A stretch of DNA of 64,000 nucleotides from a bacterium. Lineage in GTDB: Bacteria; Vulcanimicrobiota; JABDET01. How positions within the stretch are numbered: position 1 is the first letter of the stretch; every line of letters begins with the position of its first letter. The stretch covers positions 78,764 through 142,763 of the forward strand of contig JAKAVV010000003.1 of assembly GCA_021817145.1 (NCBI GenBank). The letters are read 5' to 3'. Below are positions 16,993 through 26,969 of the stretch, piece by piece. The notes beneath the pieces are model-generated. The model saw only the letters and a program-made list of their open reading frames with translations. It had not been told where the DNA came from and searched no databases. The position numbers and the translations under genes were made by a program.

Positions 16993-19770
16993 TTATTTAA
17001 TCTCTTCCGGCACTCTTCTTTCCTGGATAAATGGCAGCCCTATGTTTAATACAGGGGAACTGTAAGCAGTTGAGAGATTGGGGTTCCAGTAAGGATCCCC
17101 TTTTTCTATCAGGTCCTTGTATTTTCCTAAAAACCAGCGGGTTTCATTTTCAGAAGGGATATCTTGAGATCCTCGAGTCTGTCTCCCATAATGAAAAAGC
17201 TGAGAATAGGGGGTATAAAGATTAAGATAACCCTTCTTAAAAGCTCTTATGCAGAAATCAACATCTGTATAATTGATTTTGGAGCTTTCGTCAAATCCTC
17301 TCAACTTTTCGAAAATATCTTTTCGCACCATTAAACAGGCTCCTGTGACAGCCATGACATTTTTTATCCAGTTTGCGTCACGATACTCATCTTTCTGATT
17401 TTCGAGTTGATTCGCCGCAGTGCCAATTCCTCCGGTTGAATTAGGAATCCATCCCATTCCTACCACAATCCCTGCATGTTGAATGTTCTTGTCTTGATCA
17501 TATAATTTTGCGCCTACACATCCGATCTCTTTTCTTAAAGCATGCATTAACATTTCTTGAATCCAGTCAGGTGTTATGACTTCTGTGTCATTATTGAGAA
17601 ACAAAAAAACTTCTCCATTCGCATACCGCGCTCCAAAATTATTGATGGCTGACCAGTTAAATGGATTGTTCCACTGAAGAATTCTAATTTTATCATTGGT
17701 TTTTAATGTTTCATAAAAATTGAAGGTTTCTTCTTTTCCGCTGTTATTTTCTATAATTATGATTTCGTAATTAGACCAAGTTGTTTTGTTCAAAATTGAA
17801 TGAATGCACTTTTCAATAAGCCCAGTATTGTCTTTATTTGGGATAAGGATAGAAACTTTTGGATTTCCTTGGATGGCATAACTGGTTTTATAGACACAGA
17901 GATAAAAGCCTGGTTCTACTTCTCCTTGTATTCCTCTTCGTTCCAGATGCTGTTTTAAAGCTTTTATGGAAGATTGAATAGTTCCTGACATTTTGTTTTG
18001 TGAATTTTCGGCAGCTGATCCTTCATGAGCTCTCCAGTGGTACAGGACTTTTGGAATGTGTAAGATTTGCGCCGTTTTCTCGCTAATTCTTAGAAACAAG
18101 TCGTGGTCCTGGCTGAACTCGAAATCTTCTCTGAATCTTCCAATTTCCTTGAACAATTTTTTTCGTATAACAGCTAGATGGTTGATATAATTGTGACTTC
18201 TTAAAAGATCAGGGCTCCAATCTGGTTTGAAGTGGGGGTCATATCTTTTTTTCCCATCTTCAGAAAGGACATCTTCATCTGAATAAATCAAATCGGTATT
18301 TGGATTTTCTTCAATGGCTTTTACGACTTCTGAAAGGGCAAAAGAGGCAAGAGTATCATCATGATCCATCAATGCCACAAATTCCCCTTTTGACATGGAG
18401 ATAGCTTTATTGGTATTTCCCGCAATCCCTAAATTTTGAGCCAAATGCAGTACTTTTATTCTCGCGTCTTTTTGTGAATACTCCTCAAGGATCTCTTTTA
18501 TATGAGGGGATCTGCTCCCACCATTGACAAGACAAAGCTCCCAATTAGGATAGGTCTGACTCAAAACGCTTTCCAGCATTTCAATTAAAAAATTTCGAGG
18601 GGTCTCAAAAATAGGGACTGCAATTGAAATTTTTACTTTATTTGACTCATGGTTAGTGTTGATGACTGGAATAATTTTTTCATTCTGATTTAATTGTTCA
18701 GAGTGGGGTTCATGGAGGTAAATCCACCAGTTGTACTGGTCCAAATCCACTTTTTGTGGTTTTGGATATAAAGAAACTTTTTTTCGGATTGTTTTCTTAT
18801 CCGCTTCATTTAGCCTCTGGGCATTTTCACCAAATCTCTCCTTCAGCATTTTAGGGATTTTTCTTGATAGATCGCGGATACCTGCTTGTTTCTCTTTGGA
18901 AGGGGATAATTTATTCGCTATCTTGAGCATTTCAAGAGCGGTATCATAAGGAGTATCTGGTCGTTTTAAAGAGTCTTTTGAAAGGGTCAAATACTCATTT
19001 GCAATGATTTCATTCCGAAATGGTTCTTTATAATGCAAATAATCAGAAAATAGTTCTTCTGGGGGGAGGCTCCAAAGATGTTTTAAACATGCGTAATCAA
19101 CTCTGTACCTTTGTTTTTGAGCATTGAATATCTGATTCTGGTCATGGACCCGATAAATATATAAAGGAGCTTCCAGTTTTCCGATAGGGAAAAACTGAAC
19201 AGCTCTGCACCAGAAATCAAAATCATCCACTCCTGAAAGATCCTCATCCAGTATTCCAATGGTTTCAAAGACTTCTTTTTTAATTAAAGTTGTTCCAAGC
19301 GGGATAAAACATCCGAGAAAAAGAGTTCTGTAAATTTGAGGTTTTGGAGGGGGAGAGAGCATTTTTGTATAAATGTTTCTTCCTGCATTAACTGCCCAGA
19401 TGATATAATCCCCATACGAGATCCCTACACTCGGATATTTCTGCATAAATTTTAGAGAGTACTCGATTTTGTAAGGAAACATGAGATCATCCTGATCAAA
19501 GAGTTGAATATACTCCCCCTGTGAATTTGCGATCCCTGTGTTTCGAGCTCCAGCCACCCCTTTATTTTTGCTGTGCGAGATTAATCTTACTCGCGAGTCT
19601 TTTTTTTGGTATTCTTTCACGATTTCAGCGGTATTGTCAGTGGATTTGTCGTTCACCACCAGAATCTCTAAATGAGGATATGTTTGGGTTAAACAGCTTT
19701 TTAAAGACTGCTGAATAAACTTTTCTCCGTTAAATGCGGCTATTACAACAGAAACCAGAGGATTGGACAT
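16993..19770 (-). CDS. Tri-modular glycosyltransferase: three GT2 (GT-A) domains in one 925-aa polypeptide
   Basis: Three separate GT2 N-terminal signatures: VSVVIAAFNGEKFI..LVVNDKSTDNT, then ISIAVPIFETPRNF..CLVNGGS, then VSILIPNKDNTGLI..IIIENNS. Each carries DxD-type motifs (DQDD, DHDD, NNDTE). Confidence 0.8.
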   Translation of the reverse strand: MSNPLVSVVIAAFNGEKFIQQSLKSCLTQTYPHLEILVVNDKSTDNTAEIVKEYQKKDSRVRLISHSKNKGVAGARNTGIANSQGEYIQLFDQDDLMFPYKIEYSLKFMQKYPSVGISYGDYIIWAVNAGRNIYTKMLSPPPKPQIYRTLFLGCFIPLGTTLIKKEVFETIGILDEDLSGVDDFDFWCRAVQFFPIGKLEAPLYIYRVHDQNQIFNAQKQRYRVDYACLKHLWSLPPEELFSDYLHYKEPFRNEIIANEYLTLSKDSLKRPDTPYDTALEMLKIANKLSPSKEKQAGIRDLSRKIPKMLKERFGENAQRLNEADKKTIRKKVSLYPKPQKVDLDQYNWWIYLHEPHSEQLNQNEKIIPVINTNHESNKVKISIAVPIFETPRNFLIEMLESVLSQTYPNWELCLVNGGSRSPHIKEILEEYSQKDARIKVLHLAQNLGIAGNTNKAISMSKGEFVALMDHDDTLASFALSEVVKAIEENPNTDLIYSDEDVLSEDGKKRYDPHFKPDWSPDLLRSHNYINHLAVIRKKLFKEIGRFREDFEFSQDHDLFLRISEKTAQILHIPKVLYHWRAHEGSAAENSQNKMSGTIQSSIKALKQHLERRGIQGEVEPGFYLCVYKTSYAIQGNPKVSILIPNKDNTGLIEKCIHSILNKTTWSNYEIIIIENNSGKEETFNFYETLKTNDKIRILQWNNPFNWSAINNFGARYANGEVFLFLNNDTEVITPDWIQEMLMHALRKEIGCVGAKLYDQDKNIQHAGIVVGMGWIPNSTGGIGTAANQLENQKDEYRDANWIKNVMAVTGACLMVRKDIFEKLRGFDESSKINYTDVDFCIRAFKKGYLNLYTPYSQLFHYGRQTRGSQDIPSENETRWFLGKYKDLIEKGDPYWNPNLSTAYSSPVLNIGLPFIQERRVPEEIK
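19541..19631. repeat. Copy 1 of a ~90-bp near-identical DNA segment shared by two paralogous GT2 genes (core aatcttactcgcgagtctttttttt)
   Basis: Read directly. A 50-bp core matches 26214-26262 with 3-4 mismatches. It encodes ..KKDSRVRLI.. in both proteins. Confidence 0.7.
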
Positions 19771-19989
19771 GTCTCTTTTCTTTATATCGGCTGAAAATCT
19801 TATAAGAAAAGAGAGGAATTGGTCATTCAGGATGCCTGAATCCAGGCAATTCTTTAATTAAAAGCTATTCTCCTGTTTGGATCCGCAGCAAAATACGGAA
19901 TCGGAAACGATTTCAATGCTCTGCAGTGAAAAAAAGCTTTATCTTGTTTCACAAAACTTATAAAATCAGTTTTATGTCCGATAAACTAA

Positions 19990-20952
19990 ATGAGGAAGAA
20001 GATGCTGTTTGACAATCCTGCAAGCCAGCCATTAGTCAGCATTGTTATACCCGCTTTTAAGCCAAAATATTTTGATAAAGCTTTATTAAGCGCTGTTAGA
20101 CAAACTTACTCTAATATAGAAATTATTGTAAGTGATGATTCATCTACTGATGAAATAAAAAACATTGTGGATATTTTTTCTGACATGAAACCCATCCGGT
20201 ATTATAAAAATGAGCGCAAAGAATGTAACGATCAGAAATGTTTCGATCTAGCTGAAGGGGAATACATTAAGTTTTTATGTGATGATGATCTGCTGCACCC
20301 TGACTGCGTTAAGCAGATGGTTAGAGTTTTTGAAAAATATGGGAACGAAATTACTCTTGCCACAAGCAAAAGATCGAGGATTGATTCACAGGATCATCCA
20401 CTTCCCGATGATAATGCCACCCAAATTTTATTTGGAAAGGATACAATTGCCAGTGGGAGAGAGACTGTCGATTTTATGCTGATTAATCTTGTCAATGTTG
20501 TTGGAGAGCCGACAACTGTTATGTTTAGAAAAAATGATTTGAAAGAGAATAAACCTTCTTTCTTTTCACTCAATGGAAAAGAGTTCCAGTCCCTCACCGA
20601 TCTTTCAACATGGATTTATCTCTTGAATAGAGGTAATTTTTTTTATTTCGCCAGTACCCTCAGCGCTTTTCGAATTCATTCCGAACAAATTTCCGAGCAA
20701 GGTAACCCTTATCTTAAATTTATGAGTGTTGTTGAATGGTACAATTTAATTAAAGAGGCTCGAATGATGGGCTTTCTGCACGACCCGACACAGTATCAAA
20801 TGGCGCTCTACAATTTAAAAATCGTTCTTTTTTTTAAATTGTCTTTTCCTGATATTCTGAAGCCATATCAGGAAGAATTCAAGAAATATATTAACCTTGT
20901 GGAAAAGGATCTTGCAGAAGTAAATTGCAGTCAGGAGATTTTCCATTCATAA
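19990..20952 (+). CDS. GT2-family glycosyltransferase
   Basis: VSIVIPAFKPKYF..IIVSDDSSTDE and a DDD motif. Divergent from the tri-GT2 gene. Confidence 0.75.
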   Translation: MRKKMLFDNPASQPLVSIVIPAFKPKYFDKALLSAVRQTYSNIEIIVSDDSSTDEIKNIVDIFSDMKPIRYYKNERKECNDQKCFDLAEGEYIKFLCDDDLLHPDCVKQMVRVFEKYGNEITLATSKRSRIDSQDHPLPDDNATQILFGKDTIASGRETVDFMLINLVNVVGEPTTVMFRKNDLKENKPSFFSLNGKEFQSLTDLSTWIYLLNRGNFFYFASTLSAFRIHSEQISEQGNPYLKFMSVVEWYNLIKEARMMGFLHDPTQYQMALYNLKIVLFFKLSFPDILKPYQEEFKKYINLVEKDLAEVNCSQEIFHS

Positions 20953-21869
20953 GTGTCATACACAACAGCGCGCGCTCCAAACTCTTCTTTATAAACAGTC
21001 AAACCAATGTTTAAAAATTTTCCCTCTTTTTCTGTCGAAATTCCAAAATCAAAGTACTCTTTATCTTGGTAAATATGATGAATCAAATAATCAAAAAGGA
21101 AATCAAGGGCATACTTTTCTCTGCCTTCAGGAGTTGAAGCGATGTACTGCGCATGAGCCACTCTTGGATATTCATAAATGACACATCCTCCTCTTATCTC
21201 TCCTTTTTCAGATACAGTGAAAAGCTTGATTTGATTTGGAAAGCGATTTGAAAGAAGTTTTAACTCCTCTGCTGTATGGGTGGGTTTTGTGTTGTATTTT
21301 TCCTTTAACAGCTTTTCTTCAATTTTCATAAAAGATTTATAATCTGAAGATTCCTGCGCGGTGAAATTAAAGTTTTTACTTTTTTTTGTGCTCCAATTTC
21401 TTCCTTTGCTAAAAGGGAGAATATTTTTCATTAAAATGCTTGATGAAACATCTCTTCTCACAAGGACCGCTTCGTTCAAAAAAAGAGCATATCGATCCTC
21501 TTCTGCTGGAACCAGATAGTAGATATATGGCGCTGGTTTATAAATAAGTTTATTAATTTTATGGGTTTGCAAAAATTGTTTTAACGAATTAAAGATCTCC
21601 AGCATCAAGGGGGTTTTCATTTTGCAGTCAGAAGCAATTCCGCCAAAAGTTAATCCTGCATGACTGTAAACAATTCCTTCTTTGCAATTGGCAGGCATAA
21701 TGGCAATCAATTTATCATCTTCGTAAAAGAGAAGTGAAAAATCTTGAAATCGATCTAAATGATACTCCATATAGTCTCGATAAAAAAGAAAAATGCCATT
21801 TTTAGATCGAGCTGCAAACTCATCCCATTGGGTTTTAGCTTGAGCTGTATAAACAGAAACTTTTACCAT
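20931..21869 (-). CDS. FemAB-family / GNAT-fold acyl- or aminoacyl-transferase (BioF2-like acetyltransferase domain type)
   Basis: It matches the length and pattern of the Fem/GNAT-like proteins common in EPS loci. The assignment rests on recall of family features, not on a strong motif. Confidence 0.4.
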   Translation of the reverse strand: MVKVSVYTAQAKTQWDEFAARSKNGIFLFYRDYMEYHLDRFQDFSLLFYEDDKLIAIMPANCKEGIVYSHAGLTFGGIASDCKMKTPLMLEIFNSLKQFLQTHKINKLIYKPAPYIYYLVPAEEDRYALFLNEAVLVRRDVSSSILMKNILPFSKGRNWSTKKSKNFNFTAQESSDYKSFMKIEEKLLKEKYNTKPTHTAEELKLLSNRFPNQIKLFTVSEKGEIRGGCVIYEYPRVAHAQYIASTPEGREKYALDFLFDYLIHHIYQDKEYFDFGISTEKEGKFLNIGLTVYKEEFGARAVVYDTYEWKIS

Positions 21870-22693
21870 TTAACAATCAGAATATCCTCTCTTCTGTTAG
21901 CAAAAGGCAGCTCTTGTTTTTGTGGGAGAAGGTAAGTTTCAAATCCGAAGTTTCGGTAGCGATTTAAAATCGCAAAAATAACAGCATCATCTAATTTTTC
22001 TTCTTCCACTTTTAAAAACTGGACTCCAGGTTTTTCTAATGTTTGAGTAAAGTTTTGGTGATATTGAATCCCAGAAGGGCTAGAAAAAAATCGTTTCCTT
22101 TTTGATACATTGGGTAAATCCCCGATCAGCATTTTTCCGCCTGCTGCTAAAAGCTGTACAGCCTGATCTAAAAAGGTAAAAATGTTAGATGTAAAAGAAA
22201 TAATGTGAATCACACTGTAAACAAGAATAAAATCTACCTTTTCTTTATATTGAGAGAGGAGTTCAGGTGATTCAGGAAATCTACACGGGAACTTTTGAAT
22301 AAAAGGTTTTTCAGGAAGATGTGACAGCATTTCAGAAGAATCCACCAGAAGAAGCTGATGATTTTTTTCTTCACATAATTGAATTAAATTAAAGCTCAAT
22401 TTGCCGCAGCCAGATCCAATATCCATCAAAGTTTTTCGCTCTTGTTTAAGTTCAGGGAGTTTTGAGCAGATATCTTCCAGAATCAATGGTTCGAACCCAT
22501 TACGATACTCTTCTGGAAAGCCGATCTTCTCGCTTGGTGTTAAAGAATCATCTTCAGCCATTTTCTGGTAATCTTCATAAGTCAATCTTTTGAATTTTTC
22601 AAAAAGCTCGGGCTTAGAGATCATGTGAGTTCTCACCCCATTTTTTAAACTGCTCATAGTTTCTGATATAATCTTCCTCTTTATAATAACCAT
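21863..22693 (-). CDS. Class I SAM-dependent methyltransferase
   Basis: LMDIGSGCGKL motif I followed by an acidic motif II. The start may be at an internal Met (MSSLK.. or MISK..), which would remove the overlap with the downstream gene. Confidence 0.65.
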   Translation of the reverse strand: MVIIKRKIISETMSSLKNGVRTHMISKPELFEKFKRLTYEDYQKMAEDDSLTPSEKIGFPEEYRNGFEPLILEDICSKLPELKQERKTLMDIGSGCGKLSFNLIQLCEEKNHQLLLVDSSEMLSHLPEKPFIQKFPCRFPESPELLSQYKEKVDFILVYSVIHIISFTSNIFTFLDQAVQLLAAGGKMLIGDLPNVSKRKRFFSSPSGIQYHQNFTQTLEKPGVQFLKVEEEKLDDAVIFAILNRYRNFGFETYLLPQKQELPFANRREDILIVKW

Positions 22694-23126
22694 CTGTCAG
22701 GACCAGAAGAACGCAGTCAGGGGAAAAATCGTACATTTCTCTCCAAACAAGTCCTTGAATATATAAGCCTGCAGAAGGATTGTTTAACAAATACTCTTTT
22801 TCTTTAATTCCATTATCCACTTTTACTTTGCAGTTTCCATGAATGCTGATTAAGACCTGTTTTAAATTTTGATGAGCGTGTTTTCCCCTGATAACTCCAG
22901 GGGCTGTCCCAAAAATATAATAAACTCTTTTAATTTCAAAGGGGATGTTTTTAAAGGATTCCAAGGAAATTAAGGATCCTTGTTCATCTCCATGAATTTG
23001 GAGAGGAATGATCTTGAAAGCTGAATGAATTTTAGAAGGATCGAATAATTTTGCCGGCATATTAATTTTATCGGCTTTTTTCAGTAATAAATTAACGTTC
23101 GTGCTTTCTGGTTCCAACTTTTTCAA
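22614..23126 (-). CDS. WxcM/FdtA-like cupin: dTDP-4-keto-6-deoxyhexose 3,4-ketoisomerase family
   Basis: IRGKHAHQNLKQVLISIHGNCKV.. core with paired His, as in FdtA (RGEHAH). About 170 aa. Confidence 0.65.
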   Translation of the reverse strand: MKKLEPESTNVNLLLKKADKINMPAKLFDPSKIHSAFKIIPLQIHGDEQGSLISLESFKNIPFEIKRVYYIFGTAPGVIRGKHAHQNLKQVLISIHGNCKVKVDNGIKEKEYLLNNPSAGLYIQGLVWREMYDFSPDCVLLVLTDGYYKEEDYIRNYEQFKKWGENSHDL

Positions 23127-23716
23127 GAACCGTCAATAAATTTTTTGCAGCTTTCCACATCCATTACTCTAAGCCATTCTTTTCCATGTCGAACAAAATC
23201 ATCCCATATTAATTCGTCCCAAGAGGAATTCAGGTTAATCAAATGGCTGTTTGCTCGTTTGAAAATGACTCCACAGCCCCAGTCAAAATCTCCAACAGCA
23301 GTGTCTAAATCATGGAATGTTCTAAAATACGCAATAGCTTTCCAAATATCTCCTGTCCATTCCCCTAAACGATGGGGTCCATCTGATATATCTTGCTGTT
23401 TTTCGGTTTTAGGCAGGCAGTCATGCAGAACAATGCACCCACCTGGATTTAAAAACTTTAAGGCATTTTGCACATCACGGACAGCCTGTGAAGCTTCATG
23501 CAGTCCATCAATAAAAACTAAATCGAAATTCATGCAGTTTACTTTAAAGAATTCGTCTGATATTAATCTTAGAGTACCTCCGCTGACAGGATCAACTCCT
23601 ACTTTCCAGGAAGCCAGAACAGCATTAAAACAGGTGTTTCCAGCGCAGCCAATCTCAAGGTATTTTTCATACCCCTTTGTAATGATTAAGTAATTTAAGA
23701 GTTTAATTCGATCCAT
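23123..23716 (-). CDS. Class I SAM-dependent (O-)methyltransferase, small family-3/TylF-like
   Basis: LEIGCAGNTC motif I. VFIDGLHEA and GGCIVLHDC motifs. Confidence 0.6.
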   Translation of the reverse strand: MDRIKLLNYLIITKGYEKYLEIGCAGNTCFNAVLASWKVGVDPVSGGTLRLISDEFFKVNCMNFDLVFIDGLHEASQAVRDVQNALKFLNPGGCIVLHDCLPKTEKQQDISDGPHRLGEWTGDIWKAIAYFRTFHDLDTAVGDFDWGCGVIFKRANSHLINLNSSWDELIWDDFVRHGKEWLRVMDVESCKKFIDGS

Positions 23717-25481
23717 CAGCCATCTTCCTCCTCTGAGCTGCTGCTCTCTGTTTATTCGGTTCCTCTTGTTTAAAGATTAAGTTCACATAAGTTTTTTTAA
23801 GTTTTTCTTTAAGGGGTTCGGATTGTGGAAAAGCAGAGAAAAGTTCCAGATTCTCATCTAAAAATTCCTCTGCTTTTTCTCGATCAAACTTCCCAAGAAC
23901 GCGGATAATCTTTAATGTTGTTGAGAAATCATGGGGATTCAATTCGTGGGCTTTTATTAAAAACTTACTGCTCTCCCGCAGATCCCCTTTTGTTTCGAGA
24001 AGCTCTCCAAAGCTCTTGAGCAGCAGGTGATTTTCAGGATTTAAAGATAACCCATCCCGATAAAACGCTTCCGCTTTGTTAAGTTCGTTTTTCCATTCAA
24101 AAATCGTCCCAATAAAAAGACATAATTGTTGATAAAGCAGATTTCTCTGTTTTTCTAAGGCCTTATCAGGTCCTTTCCAAAAGGTTTGATGCCAATGTAC
24201 AAAAAAGTAAGACCATCGGGGTAAAATAGGAATATAATTTTCATCTGGCAGGGAACCAGATTTTGCTAAACTGCAAGCTTTTATAAAGAATGCTAAAGCT
24301 TCATCCTGTTGATTTGATTCCATTAAACACCAACCTGCATTAAAATGAAGGATGAGATTGTTAGGGTTTTTGTAAGCCAGATTTTTTAAAGATTCTCCTA
24401 TTTGCTTCAATCTTTCGAGATCCTCTTTCTTCTGTAAAATGACAGATACGATCAAAGAGTATTGATTATTTATTTGACAGTCATTTTGCGGTGGTTCTCC
24501 AAGATAAAAGGGGGACCCAGGAGTATAGAGCTGTGATAAATAAATCTGCAGATTGGGTTCTTTGAAGATTTTTTTTCTATATTTGATTCCTTTAGGTAAT
24601 TCATGGAATCTTTTAAGGAGTTTTTTAATGCGATTCGAATACTCGAATTCTTGAACTTTCTGCAGACTCGCTTGGGCAATCTTTTCTCTTTCTTCCTCAT
24701 GGGTTAAATAATACTCGATCAGTTCTTCCAGATTCTTTTCATTATAGAGAACACAGTGTACTCGATCTTTGAAAAAATCCCGCACCTCTAGATTTTCCTC
24801 ATCGTAAAATAAAAGGGAGCCGCAGGCTGCTGCTTCAAAGGCTCTCATATTCATCTCTTGTCGAATAGAACGATTAAAAACAATCTTCCCTCTTCTTAGA
24901 ATATTGGCATACTCTTCCCCGAATACTGAGGTGAAGATTCCTATTTTATATTTTCTTGAAAGTCGAGCAAGGCGATAAAGCCAGCGGTTTCTTTCTCCCT
25001 GAATTTCACCTGATAAATTTCCAGCAAATACCAGATCATAATCTTTAGCAGCAGATGGATTTGCCCGCATTATTTCTGGATTGTGAAAAAACATTGGAAA
25101 GTATTCAGCCTGGATCCCCCATTTTTTAAAAAATTCAACCCCTGCTTTGTCTGTGAAATTATAATCAATCGCTGTCTGTGAAGCAAGAACTCCATGGCTG
25201 TTTAAATTCCAGTCCCCAACAAGAGCCACAGTGATCCCATTGAACTGCTCGAGATTCTGCGGCAGCAGCCAGTATTCTATATCATATAGCACCACTAAAT
25301 CAGGATAAAAATCAGGAAGTTTTTTTAAAATATCTTGGATTGTCATCCCTGACTGATATACCACATCCCCTCCTAAATTTCCGAAAACTCTGACTTCATC
25401 CCCAAGGGTTCCAAAAACTTTTTTATAATACTCCCATTTGGGTGGATGATCATCCATGCAGAATCCAACTAAAATTTTCAT
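23703..25481 (-). CDS. CgeB-like glycosyltransferase domain (Glyco_trans_1_2/DUF3880-type, ..MRAFEAAACGSLLF..) fused to C-terminal TPR-like repeats
   Basis: N-terminal GT-B C-half signature NMRAFEAAACGSLLFYDE. The C-terminal ~250 aa is helical-repeat, TPR-like. Confidence 0.55.
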   Translation of the reverse strand: MKILVGFCMDDHPPKWEYYKKVFGTLGDEVRVFGNLGGDVVYQSGMTIQDILKKLPDFYPDLVVLYDIEYWLLPQNLEQFNGITVALVGDWNLNSHGVLASQTAIDYNFTDKAGVEFFKKWGIQAEYFPMFFHNPEIMRANPSAAKDYDLVFAGNLSGEIQGERNRWLYRLARLSRKYKIGIFTSVFGEEYANILRRGKIVFNRSIRQEMNMRAFEAAACGSLLFYDEENLEVRDFFKDRVHCVLYNEKNLEELIEYYLTHEEEREKIAQASLQKVQEFEYSNRIKKLLKRFHELPKGIKYRKKIFKEPNLQIYLSQLYTPGSPFYLGEPPQNDCQINNQYSLIVSVILQKKEDLERLKQIGESLKNLAYKNPNNLILHFNAGWCLMESNQQDEALAFFIKACSLAKSGSLPDENYIPILPRWSYFFVHWHQTFWKGPDKALEKQRNLLYQQLCLFIGTIFEWKNELNKAEAFYRDGLSLNPENHLLLKSFGELLETKGDLRESSKFLIKAHELNPHDFSTTLKIIRVLGKFDREKAEEFLDENLELFSAFPQSEPLKEKLKKTYVNLIFKQEEPNKQRAAAQRRKMADGSN

Positions 25482-26401
25482 TTATGATCCTGCGTTTTTT
25501 TTATTTTTTCCGATATTCTTTCTTTCTGGTGATTGTCATAACTCAGTTTATAAGCTTTCTGATATATTTCCAAAAGGGTTTTATAAGGAAGATAAAGATA
25601 AAGCCAGTTTTCTTTGTTCATGGATTCATACTGCGTTTGAATCCGATCCGCTAAAAATTCGTACCCACTGGCAAAATCCTCATCGAAAAGCTCTTCAGGA
25701 GGAGTGTTTGATACTGCTTTTAGGCAGGCTTTGTCAGAGTTTTTATATTGTTCTTCTGTTAAAAGGGTTTGATTTGTAGAGTGAATTCTATAAAAAGCAA
25801 GATAAGAATCGCATCTTTTGTAGTTGCATAATCGCAGAACTCTGAATAGAAATTCCCAATCATCAGAACCGCGCAGTTCTTCATCAAAGAAGCCGATTTT
25901 TTTAACTATTTCTTTTTTTATCATCCATGACAAAGGGGTCCCAAAAGATTTTCCAAACATTTCTTTTAATGCGGTTTTTCGGTTAGGCAGATCCCCATAA
26001 TGGTTCGGGATAATGGCATCCATCATCAGATACCAGCAGAACACTTCGCAGTATAACAAATCGACCTCAGGCGTCATTTGCTTCAGCATAATCTCAGTTT
26101 TATTTGGAAAAAACAGATCGTCCTGGTCTAAAAATTGAAGATAAGTTCCCTTTGAAGCTTTAATTCCTGTATTTCGAGCTGCTGCCACCCCTTTGTTTTT
26201 ATCGTGAACAATCAATCTTACTCGCGAGTCTTTTTTTTCGTATTTTTTCACGATTTCAGGGGTGTGATCTTTTGACCCGTCATCCACAACAAGAATTTCA
26301 AGGTTCGAATAAGACTGATCAAGACAGCTTTCCAGCGCTTCCCTAATAAAATTTTCACCATTATAAGTTGGTATAACAATGGAAATCAGCGGACTGGACA
26401 T
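25478..26401 (-). CDS. GT2-family glycosyltransferase (paralog of the N-terminal module of the tri-GT2 gene)
   Basis: ISIVIPTYNGENFIREALESCLDQSY..LVVDDGSKDHT. KKDSRVRLIVHDKNKGVAAARNTG is near-identical to the 925-aa protein. Confidence 0.8.
   Translation of the reverse strand: MSSPLISIVIPTYNGENFIREALESCLDQSYSNLEILVVDDGSKDHTPEIVKKYEKKDSRVRLIVHDKNKGVAAARNTGIKASKGTYLQFLDQDDLFFPNKTEIMLKQMTPEVDLLYCEVFCWYLMMDAIIPNHYGDLPNRKTALKEMFGKSFGTPLSWMIKKEIVKKIGFFDEELRGSDDWEFLFRVLRLCNYKRCDSYLAFYRIHSTNQTLLTEEQYKNSDKACLKAVSNTPPEELFDEDFASGYEFLADRIQTQYESMNKENWLYLYLPYKTLLEIYQKAYKLSYDNHQKERISEKIKKTQDHK
26172..26262. repeat. Copy 2 of the near-identical GT2 paralog DNA segment
   Basis: Matches 19541-19631, read directly. 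Confidence 0.7.
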
Positions 26402-26414
26402 AGCTCTATTTATT

Positions 26415-26969
26415 TTATCGGCGTTTTTCTGCTGTTCTCAAGATAATCTTTACTGCATCCAGCAAGCTGCCTGCTGTGGAATCAGGTTTACATAAAATTT
26501 TATTATCGTTTTTTCGGGGGGAAGTTTTTAAGAGAATGGTATAAGCCCCGACTTTTTTCCCCATCTCAATATCAGAATCCTTGTCTCCTATAACATAAGA
26601 TTCTTTAAGTTCAAAGTTTAATTCTTGAGAAGCTTTTTGGATTAAAGCGGTTTCAGGCTTTCTGCAGAGGCAATTCTCTTCTGGAGCATGGGGACAAACA
26701 TAAATACCATCTAAAATCACACCCTGTTGAACAAGGAGTTCACGAAATTTCTCATGAACTTTTTCGAGTGATTCCATAGTGGAAAAGCCTCTTCCAATTC
26801 CAGACTGATTCGTCACAACAATCAGCCCAAATCCCGCTTTCTGCAGCTGTTTCAGAGCTTCTGGCGCATTTGGGAAGAACTCAATTTTCTCAGGATCGGA
26901 TAAATAAGGGTGATCCACTAAAATGGTGCCATCTCGATCTAAAATGACAAATAGCTTTTGACTGCGCAT
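26415..26969 (-). CDS. gmhB: HAD-IIIA phosphatase, D,D-heptose-1,7-bisphosphate phosphatase (GmhB)/histidinol-phosphatase-like
   Basis: VILDRDGTI (DxDGT) and VVTNQSGIGRG motifs. 184 aa. Confidence 0.7.
   Translation of the reverse strand: MRSQKLFVILDRDGTILVDHPYLSDPEKIEFFPNAPEALKQLQKAGFGLIVVTNQSGIGRGFSTMESLEKVHEKFRELLVQQGVILDGIYVCPHAPEENCLCRKPETALIQKASQELNFELKESYVIGDKDSDIEMGKKVGAYTILLKTSPRKNDNKILCKPDSTAGSLLDAVKIILRTAEKRR

Noticed and set aside
23145-23693. 182-aa plus-strand ORF
   Set aside because: It is fully antisense to the minus-strand methyltransferase gene, which has clear SAM-MTase motifs. Arbitrary composition. It is the shadow ORF of an AT-rich coding region.
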